This document shows positions 52,691 to 62,280 of a DNA stretch of 64,000 nt, piece by piece. This stretch comes from an uncultured Gemmatimonadales bacterium (GTDB taxonomy: Bacteria; Gemmatimonadota; Gemmatimonadetes; Longimicrobiales; Gaopeijiaceae), in the NCBI GenBank assembly GCA_963809895.1, contig CAWELD010000004.1, positions 32,001-96,000 of the forward strand, written 5' to 3'. A program made the translations under genes and the position numbers. The notes beneath the pieces are model-generated. The model saw only the letters and a program-made list of their open reading frames with translations, was not told the origin of the DNA and searched no databases. Position 1 is the stretch's first letter. Every line of letters starts with the position of its first letter.

Positions 52691-53818
52691 TCATCCATCG
52701 CCGCGCGACCTCCCCCCACCCGGAATCCCCGCAGGCACCGCGCAGTTCTCGATCCCCGCCAGGGTGGCCGACGCGTCGGGGAAGTACCGGGTCCGCCACC
52801 GGAGCGCCACGTTCACGAGCCCGATCAGCACGGGGACCTCGACCAGGGGGCCGATGACGGCGGCGAAGGCGGCGCCGTGCCCGATGCCGAAGGTCGCCAC
52901 CGCCACGGCGATGGCCAGCTCGAAGTTGTTCGACGCCGCCGTGAACGAGAGCGTCGTGGTCCGCCGATAGTCCGCGCCCAGCCGCCGGCTCATGAAGAAG
53001 GTCAGCGCGAACATCACCACGAAGTAGATGAGCAGCGGCACCGCCACCCGCACCACACCCACGGGTTGCTGGAGGATGGCGCGCCCCTGGATCGAGAACA
53101 TGACGACGATGGTGAACAGCAGCGCGACCAGGGTGAGCGGCCCGATGCGGGGGACGAACTCGGCGTGATACCACGCCTTCCCCTTGAGCTTCACACCCAC
53201 GAAACGCGTGGCCATGCCGGCGATGAAGGGAATCCCCAGATAGATGAAGACGCTGCGCGCGATCTCACCCATGGTCACGTCGACTTCCGTGCCCTGGAGC
53301 CCCAGCCATCCGGGCAGCACGGTGATGAACAGCCACGCGTACACACTGAAGAAGAGGACCTGGAACACGGAATTGAACGCCACCAGACCCGCCGCGTACT
53401 CCGGGTCCCCCTCGGCCAGGTCGTTCCAGACGATGACCATGGCGATGCATCGCGCCAGCCCGATGAGGATCAGGCCGATCATGTACTCGGGATACCCGCG
53501 CAGGAAGATGACCGCGAGGGCGAACATGAGGATCGGTCCGACGATCCAGTTCTGCACGAGCGAAAGCCCCAGGATCTTCCCGTCGCGGAAGACGTCGCCC
53601 AGCTCCTCGTAGCGCACCTTGGCCAGCGGCGGGTACATCATGAGGATCAGCCCCAGCGCGATGGGCAGCGACGTGGTGCCGACCTGGGTGCGCTCGCTGA
53701 GCGTGCGCACGGCGTCGGGCCACAGGTAACCCAGCGCCACCCCCAGGGCCATGGCCGCGAAGATCCAGAGGGTGAGGAAGCGATCCAGGAAGGACAGCCT
53801 CTTCGGCAGCGCACTCAT
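52691..53818 (-). CDS. acr3: ACR3 family arsenite efflux transporter
   Basis: [47 protein letters not shown]. Confidence 0.96.
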   Translation of the reverse strand: MSALPKRLSFLDRFLTLWIFAAMALGVALGYLWPDAVRTLSERTQVGTTSLPIALGLILMMYPPLAKVRYEELGDVFRDGKILGLSLVQNWIVGPILMFALAVIFLRGYPEYMIGLILIGLARCIAMVIVWNDLAEGDPEYAAGLVAFNSVFQVLFFSVYAWLFITVLPGWLGLQGTEVDVTMGEIARSVFIYLGIPFIAGMATRFVGVKLKGKAWYHAEFVPRIGPLTLVALLFTIVVMFSIQGRAILQQPVGVVRVAVPLLIYFVVMFALTFFMSRRLGADYRRTTTLSFTAASNNFELAIAVAVATFGIGHGAAFAAVIGPLVEVPVLIGLVNVALRWRTRYFPDASATLAGIENCAVPAGIPGGGRSRGDG

Positions 53819-53819
53819 G

Positions 53820-54725
53820 TCACGAACAGCACGACGGGCCGCAGCAGGGGCGTTCCTCGGTCTCGACCTCGGCCGCCGCCGAGGGTGCCAGCGGCTTCCG
53901 CGCCCGCACGAAGGCCGACATGATCCGCCCCCCGACCGCTTCCGCCATGGCGTCGACGTCGAGTCCCGCCTCTTCCAGGAACGAGCGGGCGTCCTCGGGC
54001 TCGTAGACGCGGGTGGGCTCCAGACTCGGGTCCTCGAATCCCACCTCCCGCAGCAGCGTCTCGAACTCGCGCTCCTCCAGGGCGCCGGCGACGCAGCCGA
54101 CCCAGAGCTCCATGCTCCGTCGGATGCCGGCGGGAATCTCGCCCCGGACCACCACGTCCGAGACCGCGAAACGGCCACCCGGCTTCAGGACCCGGAACGC
54201 CTCGCCCAGCACCTGACGCTTGTCCGCCGAGAGGTTGATCACGCAGTTGCTGATGATCACGTCCACGCTGGCGTCCGGCAGCGGAATCGCCTCCATGTCG
54301 CCCCGCAGGAACTCCACGTTGGTCGCGCCGGCCTCCGCGGCGTTCTGCCGGGCCAGCGCCAGCATCTCGTCGGTCATGTCGAGTCCGTAGGCCTTGCCGC
54401 TCGCGCCCACGCGCCGCGCGCTCAGAAGCACGTCGATTCCGCCGCCGCTCCCCAGATCCAGGACGACCTCGCCCTCGTTCAACTCCGCGAGGGCCGTGGG
54501 ATTTCCGCAACCGAGCGACGCCAGCACCGCCTGCTCGGGCAGCGAGTCCGCCGTCACGGAGTCGTAGAGGTCCCGGGTGATGGGATCCGAGAACCCGCCG
54601 TCGGCCTTGGTGTCTCCGCATCCGCACGACGTGCCGCAGCAGGTGCCTTTGGTGCCGGCCTGGGCCCGCAGCGCCGCCTCGCCGTACTTCCGCCTCACCG
54701 TAGCCTTCAGATCATCCTGGCTCAT
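53820..54725 (-). CDS. arsM: arsenite S-adenosylmethionine methyltransferase
   Basis: [34 protein letters not shown]; terminal CC pairs. Confidence 0.95.
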   Translation of the reverse strand: MSQDDLKATVRRKYGEAALRAQAGTKGTCCGTSCGCGDTKADGGFSDPITRDLYDSVTADSLPEQAVLASLGCGNPTALAELNEGEVVLDLGSGGGIDVLLSARRVGASGKAYGLDMTDEMLALARQNAAEAGATNVEFLRGDMEAIPLPDASVDVIISNCVINLSADKRQVLGEAFRVLKPGGRFAVSDVVVRGEIPAGIRRSMELWVGCVAGALEEREFETLLREVGFEDPSLEPTRVYEPEDARSFLEEAGLDVDAMAEAVGGRIMSAFVRARKPLAPSAAAEVETEERPCCGPSCCS

Positions 54726-54737
54726 GCCGTTCTCCGT

Positions 54738-54753
54738 ATCAATCAATCTTGAT
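54738..54753. promoter_or_regulatory. ArsR operator upstream of arsM
   Basis: ATCAA-N6-TTGAT, perfect. Confidence 0.7.
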
Positions 54754-54798
54754 GTGTCACCGAAAAAGAAGACGTGCCCACGAGTTCACCGCCGAGGC

Positions 54799-55131
54799 TC
54801 ACGAGCAGCACGGACCTTCGCGAGATGCGGGATCCCGCCAACGCGGCTCGGGCGTAACCTCGCCCAGGAACGCCCGCATCTCCTCCAACGCGTCCGGCAC
54901 CAGCGAATAGTGCACCCAGCGCCCGTCACGCCGGTCCGACACCACACCCGCATCCTTGAGCTTCTTCAGATGGAACGACAGGCGCGACTGGGCCGCATCC
55001 AGCGCCCCCTGAAGCTCGCACACGCAGTGCTCCCCGTCGGAGAGGAGCTGAACGATGCGGTAACGCGTGGGCTCGGCCACGGCCTGAAAGCGCTGTAGCA
55101 GTGCCTCGTCGGCAGCGAGTGTGTTCGACAT
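54799..55131 (-). CDS. arsR: arsenic-responsive ArsR repressor
   Basis: EHCVCEL metal site, SFHLKKL, C-terminal CC. Confidence 0.93.
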   Translation of the reverse strand: MSNTLAADEALLQRFQAVAEPTRYRIVQLLSDGEHCVCELQGALDAAQSRLSFHLKKLKDAGVVSDRRDGRWVHYSLVPDALEEMRAFLGEVTPEPRWRDPASREGPCCS

Positions 55132-55142
55132 GGAGACAACAT

Positions 55143-55165
55143 ATCAACGAATGTAGATATGTCAA
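55143..55165 (-). promoter_or_regulatory. arsR promoter/operator
   Basis: ATCAA-N6-TAGAT dyad; minus-strand TTGACA at 55160-55165. Confidence 0.65.
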
Positions 55166-55213
55166 CGGAGGCTGCCACCGGGACGGCTGCGAAGCCGCAG
55201 GACCCCTCCCCCA

Positions 55214-55242
55214 TTGCCCGCTGCGAACCCTCGGACCACAAT
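55214..55242 (+). promoter_or_regulatory. sigma70-like promoter of the riboswitch transcript
   Basis: TTGCCC-N17-CACAAT, 6 nt before the aptamer. Confidence 0.55.
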
Positions 55243-55248
55243 TTCGTC

Positions 55249-55298
55249 GGCGATGGAGTTCGCCCTGAACCACCGCGGCCGCGGTTGATGACTCCTAC
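55249..55298 (+). ncRNA. fluoride riboswitch (crcB motif)
   Basis: GGCGATGGAGTTCGCC-ctgAACC-ACCGCggccGCGGT-TGATGACTCCTAC; P1 GGCGA/TCGCC, pseudoknot GGAGT/ACTCC. Confidence 0.92.
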
Positions 55299-55330
55299 CG
55301 GATCCTCTCCGACGCCAGGAGTCGCACGCC

Positions 55331-55744
55331 ATGTCTCTCAACGATTCCCAACGGCGGGCCGTCAGCGCGACGTTCGCGCAGGTCAACGATCTGCTCGAAG
55401 ACGTGGAGCGCCTGGCCCGCTCGGAGTCGAACGGCTTCAGCCGCGAACGCTCGGATCTGACCGCCTCCGAGGCGGAGCGCCTCACCGTCCTCACGGCACA
55501 GGTGCGCGAGCGCATGCTCGAGGCCCTCGCCAACCTCTCCATCCCCCCGCCCGAGCCCGATGGCTCGGCTCGCTGGAGCGCGCAGACCGCGTTCCTCTTC
55601 GCCGGCATCGCCCTCTCGGAGCTTCAGGGCCGCCGCCTACGGGCCTACGGTGCGCTCACCGAAGACGATGAGGAGCACGTCACGGCGCTGGCCCGGGACC
55701 TCCGCCGCCTCGTCGAGCAGGGCCAGGCGCTCCTGAGGGGGTGA
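55331..55744 (+). CDS. small helical hypothetical protein under fluoride riboswitch control
   Basis: AGGAG RBS; LNDSQRR...EL..RRLRAYG motif recalling the N-terminal module of some bacterial dynamin-like proteins. Confidence 0.8.
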   Translation: MSLNDSQRRAVSATFAQVNDLLEDVERLARSESNGFSRERSDLTASEAERLTVLTAQVRERMLEALANLSIPPPEPDGSARWSAQTAFLFAGIALSELQGRRLRAYGALTEDDEEHVTALARDLRRLVEQGQALLRG

Positions 55745-55795
55745 CGGCGCGTGCGGAGCGCGTGAGCCGGCCACGCGAGGCGGGCACCCGCGCCC

Positions 55796-55834
55796 TTGAC
55801 GATGTCGTGATTTCGTCTATAGTGCTTTTCACGA
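55796..55834 (+). promoter_or_regulatory. padR promoter with overlapping dyad
   Basis: TTGACG -35, TATAGT -10, TCGTGA...TCACGA inverted repeat. Confidence 0.55.
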
Positions 55835-55870
55835 TATTTGGAAGATCAACTCGCCGGAGAGCCCGCCCGC

Positions 55871-56233
55871 ATGCCCGATCCCGCACCGACCGACCACCAC
55901 CCCCTTCCCGAGCTCGCGTTCAACGTCCTCCTGGCCCTGGGCGGTGAGCCGCGCCACGGTTATGCCATCATCCAGGACATCGAGGCACGGACGGGAGCGC
56001 AGAGCACGGTGCGCTCCGGAACGCTGTACGCCGTCCTCCAGTCCCTGCATTCCCGCGGGCTGATCGCGGACGCAGCGGCTCCGGACGGGGTGGATCGCCG
56101 GCGTCGCTACTATCGGATCACCGGTGCTGGACGCGAGGCCGTGGCTCGTGAAGCGTCGCGTCTGGCCGGGCTCGTGCGTCGTGCCGTGGAATTGGATCTC
56201 GCGCCCGGCGCCCTGGACCCGGGGACCCCTTGA
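55871..56233 (+). CDS. PadR family transcriptional regulator
   Basis: FNVLLAL..RHGYAII..GTLY..RRRYYRIT. Confidence 0.92.
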   Translation: MPDPAPTDHHPLPELAFNVLLALGGEPRHGYAIIQDIEARTGAQSTVRSGTLYAVLQSLHSRGLIADAAAPDGVDRRRRYYRITGAGREAVAREASRLAGLVRRAVELDLAPGALDPGTP

Positions 56234-58865
56234 GCCGGCACCTGTCGAGGACACACCGCATCCTCCTGCGCCTGCATCGGTTCCTGCTGGCTCGCTTCCC
56301 GCGCAGTTTCCCCCGGCCTGGGCCACGGATGCGCACGAAACGACGCGCAACCTGGTCGCGAGCGCGTGCCGGCGCGGATGGTGGGCGGGAGTCGTCACAG
56401 GCGTCGCGGAGTGCATGGACGTCGTGCGCCTGGGCCTGTCCGGCCTCGCCCCGCCACCTTCGCGAGTCCTCCGGGACGCGCTGTACGGACTCCGGCGCCT
56501 CCGGGCCCGGCCGGTTCGCACGCTGTCGCTCGTCCTCGTGTTGGCCGTGGGCATCGGCGCCAGCACCGCGGTCTTCAGCGTGGTGAACAACACGCTGCTC
56601 CGACCCATGATGCTGCATGACATCGATGGCCTCGTGCGCATCGACGACGTGGTACCCGGCAGCTCCCAGAACTCGAACGTTTCGCCGTTGAACGCCCAGG
56701 CTTTGGCGGAGGACGCCACGACCCTCGCGCCGGTCATCGTTCAGGACTATCGGCCCTTCGTCATCACCGGAGAGGGCGAGCCCGAGCGGGTGCGGGGTGC
56801 GGGTGTGTCCGGGGGATTCAGCGCGGGGCTGGGCGTCGAGCCCGTGCAAGGGCGCTTCTTCACGGCCGACGAGCAGCGCCTTGGCGAGGCCGCCGGAACG
56901 GTACTGGTGAGCTGGGAGCTGTGGCAGAGGCGTTGGGGAGGAGCGCCCGACGCGCTGGGTGCCACGGTGACGCTCAATGGCACACCCCGCACCATCGTGG
57001 GCGTCATGCCCCGGGGATTCCACTTTCCCTACGAGGCGGACGTCTGGGTTCCTCTGGACTACGAGCCGACACAGGCCGACGCGCACTATCTGCTCGTCTT
57101 CGGACGCCTCGCCCCGGACCGGACGGCAGGGGACGTTCAGCGCGAGCTGGACCGGATCTCGGCACAGGTGCGCGAAGCGGCCCCGGCGGCCAATCGCGAG
57201 CTGACCATGCGCGCCATGTCCCTGCGCGACAATCTCGTGCGTGGGTATGATCGCACGGCGCTCGCCCTGCTGTCGGTGGTCGGATTCCTGCTGCTCGTGG
57301 GAGCGGTGAACGTCGCGAGTCTGGGGCTGGCCGAAGCCCGCTCGCGTGCCCGGGAAATGTCGATCCGGTCGGCGCTGGGAGCCAGTCGCCGAGCACAGAT
57401 CGCTCAGCTCCTCACCGAAGCGGGCCTGCTCGCGACCCTGGGGGGCGTGGCGGGTCTCGGCCTGGCGCGAGCCCTGCGTCCGCTGCTCTCGCTCCTGGTT
57501 CCTCCGGTCATGAGCGTGGAGCTGGCCCAGGATGCCATCGTCTTCGATCATCGGGTGCTGCTCTTCGCGCTGGGCGCTTCGGTCCTGGCGGCGCTGGTGG
57601 CCGGCGTGCTTCCCGCGACTCGGGCCGCCGTCCGGGATCCTGCGACGACGTTGCGTGCCGGCGGACGCGTGGAACGCGGAGGCCGCGCGAGCTCGGGCTT
57701 GATGATCGTCGGACTGGAGCTGGCGCTGGCCGTGGTGCTCCTCACCGGTGCGAGCGCGGTCACCGCTGCCTTCGTGCGGGATCGGGCACGCCCCCTCGGC
57801 TACCGACCCCAGGGCGTACTCACGCTGCGCACCTCGCTCCCGGAAGATCGATACCCTGGAGAAGGGCGCCGCACCGATGTCGTGGAAGCGCTTCGCGCCG
57901 CCGTCGAGGAGCTCCCCGGAGTGGCCGCGGTGGGGCTGCAGACCGGCAATCCGGTTCGCGGCGGCTGGGTCGCGCGAGCGAGCGCCCTCCAGCCCACCAC
58001 AGCGACGGACTCCATCCCGGCCTACGTGCGACTCGCCACCCCCGGGGTCCTGGAGAGCCTGGATGTGCCTCTCCTCGCTGGACGCCCTCTGGATCGTCGC
58101 GACGACGGGGGCCCTCCGGCGGTGGTGGTCTCCCGCGATCTGGCTCGGCGTCTCTGGGGCGATGCACGGGCGGCGGTGGGGCAGCGCTTGAGGCTGCCGG
58201 ATGCACCGGCCGACGCCACCGAATGGCAGGTGGTCGGTGTGTGCGGCGACGTGCGCGAGCAGGGCGAGGTCACCGCTGCCGTGTATCTGCCCTATGCCAG
58301 ACAGAGGGGCCGCCTCCCCGCACAGGAGGTCGACCTGTTCGTGCGGGCCGCCAGTGGACGCGCCGGTGACGTCGCCGTGGCCGTCCGCGACGCGGCGCAC
58401 CGCGTCGACCCCGACCTGGCCCTGTACGGTGTGCAGCCCATGACCGAGGTGCGCACCGTGGCGCAGGCACTGGAGCGGGCCGGCGCCACACTCGCCGCCG
58501 GTTTCATCGGCTTCGGCCTGCTCCTCTCCGCCATCGGTGTGTTCGGCGTCGTATCCAACATCTCGGCGGGAGCCGCCCGCGCCATGAGTGTCCGCAAGGC
58601 TCTGGGCGCGCGACCGGGCGCGCTCCTGCTTGCGGCCCTGCGGCCCACCACGCAGGCCGTCACAGGCGGTCTGGTCGTGGGTCTGGCGAGCGCCTGGCTC
58701 GTGAACCGCCTGTTGGCGGCGCGTGTGGAGGGACTGCCGCACCCGGATCCCTGGCTCTACGCCCTGGTCGCAGCAGTCCTCGCAGTGGTGGCGTTCGCGG
58801 CGGCGCTGGGGCCATTGATCAGATCCACGCGCGTCGATCCCGCGCGGGTGCTCCGAGAGGGCTGA
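56230..58865 (+). CDS. orphan ADOP ABC permease (frameshift near 56310-56320)
   Basis: TTG start overlapping the padR stop (LLARFPRSF prefix), continuing into ORF 56124-58865 with duplicated MacB/FtsX halves. Confidence 0.88.
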
Positions 58866-58972
58866 CCCGGTGGCCACACGTCATCCTTGCAATCGGAAAC
58901 CTCGGTGACCGACTGTAGGCGCATTCCCGAATCCCCGGGATCTGCTGTTGTACCTCCAGTCAGGGGGAATTC

Positions 58973-59353
58973 ATGCGACGATTGGCGTTGGTCCTCGTCC
59001 TGGCCATCGGGCTCGGTGGCTGCTATCACGTCACGGTGAACACCGGGATCACGCCCGGCACCCAACAGATCCACCAGCCGTGGGCGAAGAGCTTCGTCTA
59101 CGGCCTGGTTCCCCCCGAGACCGTCGAAGCGATGGAGCAGTGCGGCTCGGCGGGCGTGGCACGGGTGGAGAGCCAGATCACCTTCCTCAACGGGCTCGTC
59201 TCGGTGCTGACATTGAGCATCTTCACGCCCATGGACATTCTGGTCACCTGCGGCAACAGCTCCATGGAAGACCTCCAGGTCGTGAAGGACCGCGCCGGCT
59301 TCGAGGCAGCGCTCGAGAGCGGCCAGCCGTTCCTGGTGCCCGTGACACCGTAG
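58973..59353 (+). CDS. Bor/Iss family lipoprotein
   Basis: LGGC lipobox; FVYGL..C....VARVESQITFLNGLV..LTL.IFTP..VTC. Confidence 0.8.
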   Translation: MRRLALVLVLAIGLGGCYHVTVNTGITPGTQQIHQPWAKSFVYGLVPPETVEAMEQCGSAGVARVESQITFLNGLVSVLTLSIFTPMDILVTCGNSSMEDLQVVKDRAGFEAALESGQPFLVPVTP

Positions 59354-59385
59354 GCGGGCGCCCCCAGCAGGTCGCTGAAGAAGGG

Positions 59386-59420
59386 GAGCACCCCGGCAGC
59401 CGCGCGTCGCTGGGGTGCTC
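59386..59420. terminator. hairpin between convergent genes
   Basis: GAGCACCCCGGC...GCTGGGGTGCTC stem. Confidence 0.55.
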
Positions 59421-59907
59421 ACCCGCGCGCGCGCAGCGCCTCGTACTCCCGCCAGACGAGCGCCATGATCACGAGATCGAGGGCGGTCAGGAACGCCAGG
59501 CCGGTCGAGTAACCCACGAGGAGCCGGTAGCCCTGGTAGAGGATGAAAAGCCCCAGGAAACCGAGCGCCCACGGAAAGACCCGGATCCTCTCGCGGATGA
59601 GGCCCCCGACCAGCACGAGCTTCACCACGCCGTGCACCAGAAGGTAGGCGGCCGCGAAATGCGCGGTCCCGGCCCCGATGTGGGCGAAGTGCTCGACGAG
59701 CCATCCGGCCACCGCGTCTCTGGGGTCTTCGGACAACTCGTGCTGGGTCAAGAAGGTGACGGCTCGCCCCACTCCCGCCGGCCCGAAGACGACGAGCAAG
59801 CCGCCACCCACGATCTCCAGGAGGCCGTCGAAACCCTTCACCACCACTCCGGCCTGGAAGAGCCGGTGGCGCCACCAGCTGGAGGGCCGGCCCCATACGG
59901 TCTTCAC
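59419..59907 (-). CDS. DUF2127 family membrane protein
   Basis: KGFDGLLEIVGG, HELSEDP.D, YLLVHGVVK, LVWREY. Confidence 0.85.
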   Translation of the reverse strand: MKTVWGRPSSWWRHRLFQAGVVVKGFDGLLEIVGGGLLVVFGPAGVGRAVTFLTQHELSEDPRDAVAGWLVEHFAHIGAGTAHFAAAYLLVHGVVKLVLVGGLIRERIRVFPWALGFLGLFILYQGYRLLVGYSTGLAFLTALDLVIMALVWREYEALRARG

Positions 59908-60033
59908 GCGGTACCGGCTCCTCGGTTGGAGTGGAAGGAGTACGATCGAACGCTTCAGCCCTCACGAACATATCGGAAGACCACGGTCACGCCCTCCCCG
60001 TTCAGATCCTGTGGGATTTCGAGCGCGCCGTCG

Positions 60034-61053
60034 CTAGCCGGGCCGGTAGATCTCCAGGACCGGGCGCCCTCCGACCCGCTCGATGGGCAGGTAGACCCGA
60101 TGCGTGGCCGGGTCCACGGCCACGGTGTGGGCGCTGGGGATGCGGAGATCGCCGAGCTCGACCAGGGTGCCGCCGTCCTCCTCGAACACGTTCACCACGC
60201 CCGATTCACAGGCCACGTAGAGGCGTCCGAGTCCCGGATCTACGGCCAGGACATCGGGACCTGCACCGACGGAGTGGGTCGACAGCAGACGCATGGACGG
60301 CAGCTCGAGCACGAACAGGGTGGCGTTCTCTTCATCGGCCACGAAGAGGAGCCGGCGGTCGGGGTCGAGGGCCAGGCCGTGAGGCCGTTTCGCCCCCGCG
60401 ACCGGGAAACGCTCGACGATCGTCGCGGTGGCCGGGTCGATGGCCGCGATCTCCGCGCGGGTCTGCACGGCTACCAGGATCCGCTTGCTCACCGGGTCCC
60501 AGATCGTGTTTCCGGCCTCTCCCCCGAGCTCTACGATCCCCACGACCGTGTCCGCGACGGCATCGATGACGAGCTCCCGCCCGGCACGCGACTCGTCGGA
60601 GACGAACACCCGGGTCGACCCGGGAGCGTAGGCGAGGCCGTCGGCGTAGCCGATGGGTCCCAGACGGGCCGCGGTCTCGAGGCTTGCCGCGTCGATGACG
60701 GCGACCTGGCGATCCTCCGTGGCCGTTGCGAACACCTTGTGCAGCTCAGGCACCGCGATCACCCCGTGGACCGCGGAGAATCCAGGCAGGTCGGCCACGA
60801 CCTCCTCGCTCCCGGTGTCGAACACGAGAAGGCTGCCCGCGTTCATGTGCGCGACGTAGAGCCGCCCGGCCGCGGTGTCCACGCTCTGATAGTCGAAGCG
60901 CACGGCGCTGCCCGGGAGCGGGATCTCGGCCACGTGTCGGAGGCCGGCCGCTGCCTCGGGCACCCGCACCGCCTGGCCCTGACACGCGGTCGGTCCTGTG
61001 ATGAGTCCGAGCGCGAGGGCTATGCGGGATGCGATCCTGACGTGGGGGGTCAT
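60034..61053 (-). CDS. YncE/YVTN-type beta-propeller lipoprotein
   Basis: RFDYQSVD..GRLYVAH, repeated propeller blades, AHTVAVDP.THRVY. Confidence 0.85.
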   Translation of the reverse strand: MTPHVRIASRIALALGLITGPTACQGQAVRVPEAAAGLRHVAEIPLPGSAVRFDYQSVDTAAGRLYVAHMNAGSLLVFDTGSEEVVADLPGFSAVHGVIAVPELHKVFATATEDRQVAVIDAASLETAARLGPIGYADGLAYAPGSTRVFVSDESRAGRELVIDAVADTVVGIVELGGEAGNTIWDPVSKRILVAVQTRAEIAAIDPATATIVERFPVAGAKRPHGLALDPDRRLLFVADEENATLFVLELPSMRLLSTHSVGAGPDVLAVDPGLGRLYVACESGVVNVFEEDGGTLVELGDLRIPSAHTVAVDPATHRVYLPIERVGGRPVLEIYRPG

Positions 61054-61338
61054 GTAGCCCCACTCCAACTCGAGTCGTTGTCGTCCTGTCTCCATCCGAC
61101 AGTGTAGCGCGGTGTTGAGGGCTCCGTCAGACCGCCGGCCGCAGGTGCTCTCCCCGGGCGAGCACGAGCCAGATGGATGGCCAACCCCCAAGGTCGAGGT
61201 CGAGTATGCGACCCGAACCTGCAGATGTACGGCGCAGATCGGGTCGCTCGTCCGAGACACGAGCGCCGCGATAAGGCGTGCGGCCCGGGCGCGATGGTGC
61301 AAACCCTCCGCTCGTGCGCCTGCGATCGGCGTTCGGTC

Positions 61339-61427
61339 GATTCGACTTGACCGATGGGTCGAATCAAACTCCCACCGAATCCATGGATCGCGCTTGGCTC
61401 GATCGAACCGACTCAGCGAGCCGAATC
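61339..61427. repeat. degenerate pair of ~27-bp palindromes (62-bp period), related to 37635-37723
   Basis: GATTCGACTTGACCGATGGGTCGAATC and GATCGAACCGACTCAGCGAGCCGAATC. Confidence 0.65.
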
Positions 61428-61551
61428 GCCCGTTCGTGCGCGCAGGCACGGCCGCTACACCCGAAAGGGCCCGACCTCGTCGACTCGCCAAATGACCGAC
61501 CGATGGACCGTTGTCGACCACGTCTACCCCAAGGTGCCCCCGACCCCTACG

Positions 61552-61590
61552 AAAGCGCCCCGACGACCTGAGGCCGTCGGGGCGCTTCTC
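61552..61590 (-). terminator. intrinsic terminator of the tRNA operon
   Basis: 13-bp stem AAGCGCCCCGACG/CGTCGGGGCGCTT, about 20 nt downstream of tRNA-Val. Confidence 0.75.
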
Positions 61591-61605
61591 ATTCGGACAC
61601 CACTA

Positions 61606-61678
61606 TGGTCGCTGCAGGACTCGAACCTGCGACTTCTACGATGTGAACGTAGCGCTCTACCAGCTGAGCTAAGCGACC
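61606..61678 (-). tRNA. tRNA-Val(CAC)
   Basis: Cloverleaf: GGTCGCT/AGCGACC acceptor, anticodon loop TT-CAC-AT, TTCGAGT T-loop; no encoded CCA. Confidence 0.96.
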
Positions 61679-61682
61679 CCAG

Positions 61683-61755
61683 TACCCCCACGGGGAGTCG
61701 AACCCCGGTCTCCGCGCTGAGAACGCGATATCCTGGACCACTAGACGATGGGGGC
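61683..61755 (-). tRNA. tRNA-Glu(CTC)
   Basis: GCCCCCA/TGGGGGT acceptor, loop TT-CTC-AG, TTCGACT T-loop; no encoded CCA. Confidence 0.96.
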
Positions 61756-61786
61756 AAAGCAGCCTCCCAGAATTCGGGAGGGCCCT

Positions 61787-61815
61787 AAATCTACCAGGGC
61801 CCAGGGGGCTGTCAA
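61787..61815 (-). promoter_or_regulatory. sigma70 promoter of the tRNA operon
   Basis: Minus-strand TTGACA-N17-TAGATT. Confidence 0.75.
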
Positions 61816-61972
61816 CTCCCGGGGAGCGCCGATCCAGGCGCTCTTCCGCCAGGTTCCCCCTCACCCCGTCGCCGCCCCGTCTCGCGGGTCCGCGCATGCG
61901 CCCGGATCCGACGACCGGCTGCGGGGTTATGCCTCCGGTCGCATACGGTTCTCTCGCGGAAAGCAGCCAGCT

Positions 61973-62254
61973 ATGAAGCTCAACGATGCGTCCATCCAGG
62001 ATTGGCTCGGCGGGCGCCCCGGCTGGAGCCGGGACGGTGACGCTCTGGTGAAGACCTTCGCCTTCGACTCCTTCCGGAATGCCATCGTATTCGTGAATCG
62101 GCTGGCGACGTTGGCCGATCAGCACGAGCACCATCCGGACATCGACATCCGCTACAACAAGGTCCGCGTCTCGCTCAGCACGCACGATGCGGGGGGGATC
62201 ACCGACAAGGACACGTCCATGGCGGAGCAGATCGAGTTCGCCACGGGACGATAG
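61973..62254 (+). CDS. pterin-4a-carbinolamine dehydratase
   Basis: EHHPDIDIRYNKV..LSTHDAGGIT.KD. Confidence 0.93.
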   Translation: MKLNDASIQDWLGGRPGWSRDGDALVKTFAFDSFRNAIVFVNRLATLADQHEHHPDIDIRYNKVRVSLSTHDAGGITDKDTSMAEQIEFATGR

Positions 62255-62280
62255 CCCCACCACGTGCTCCACGGACGGCG

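Noticed and set aside
52691..54178. N-terminally extended Acr3 or an ArsM-Acr3 fusion
   Set aside because: The extension overlaps arsM in another frame; the conserved Acr3 sequence begins at ATG 53818.
56118..58877. Long antisense ORFs (also 24484-27072, 32198-34162, 2480-4411, 27572-29428)
   Set aside because: Stop-poor shadow frames expected at this GC content, lying opposite well-supported genes and lacking motifs.
61054..61330. Structured ncRNA or riboswitch upstream of the YncE-like gene
   Set aside because: Only generic GC-rich hairpins; no recognisable aptamer consensus.
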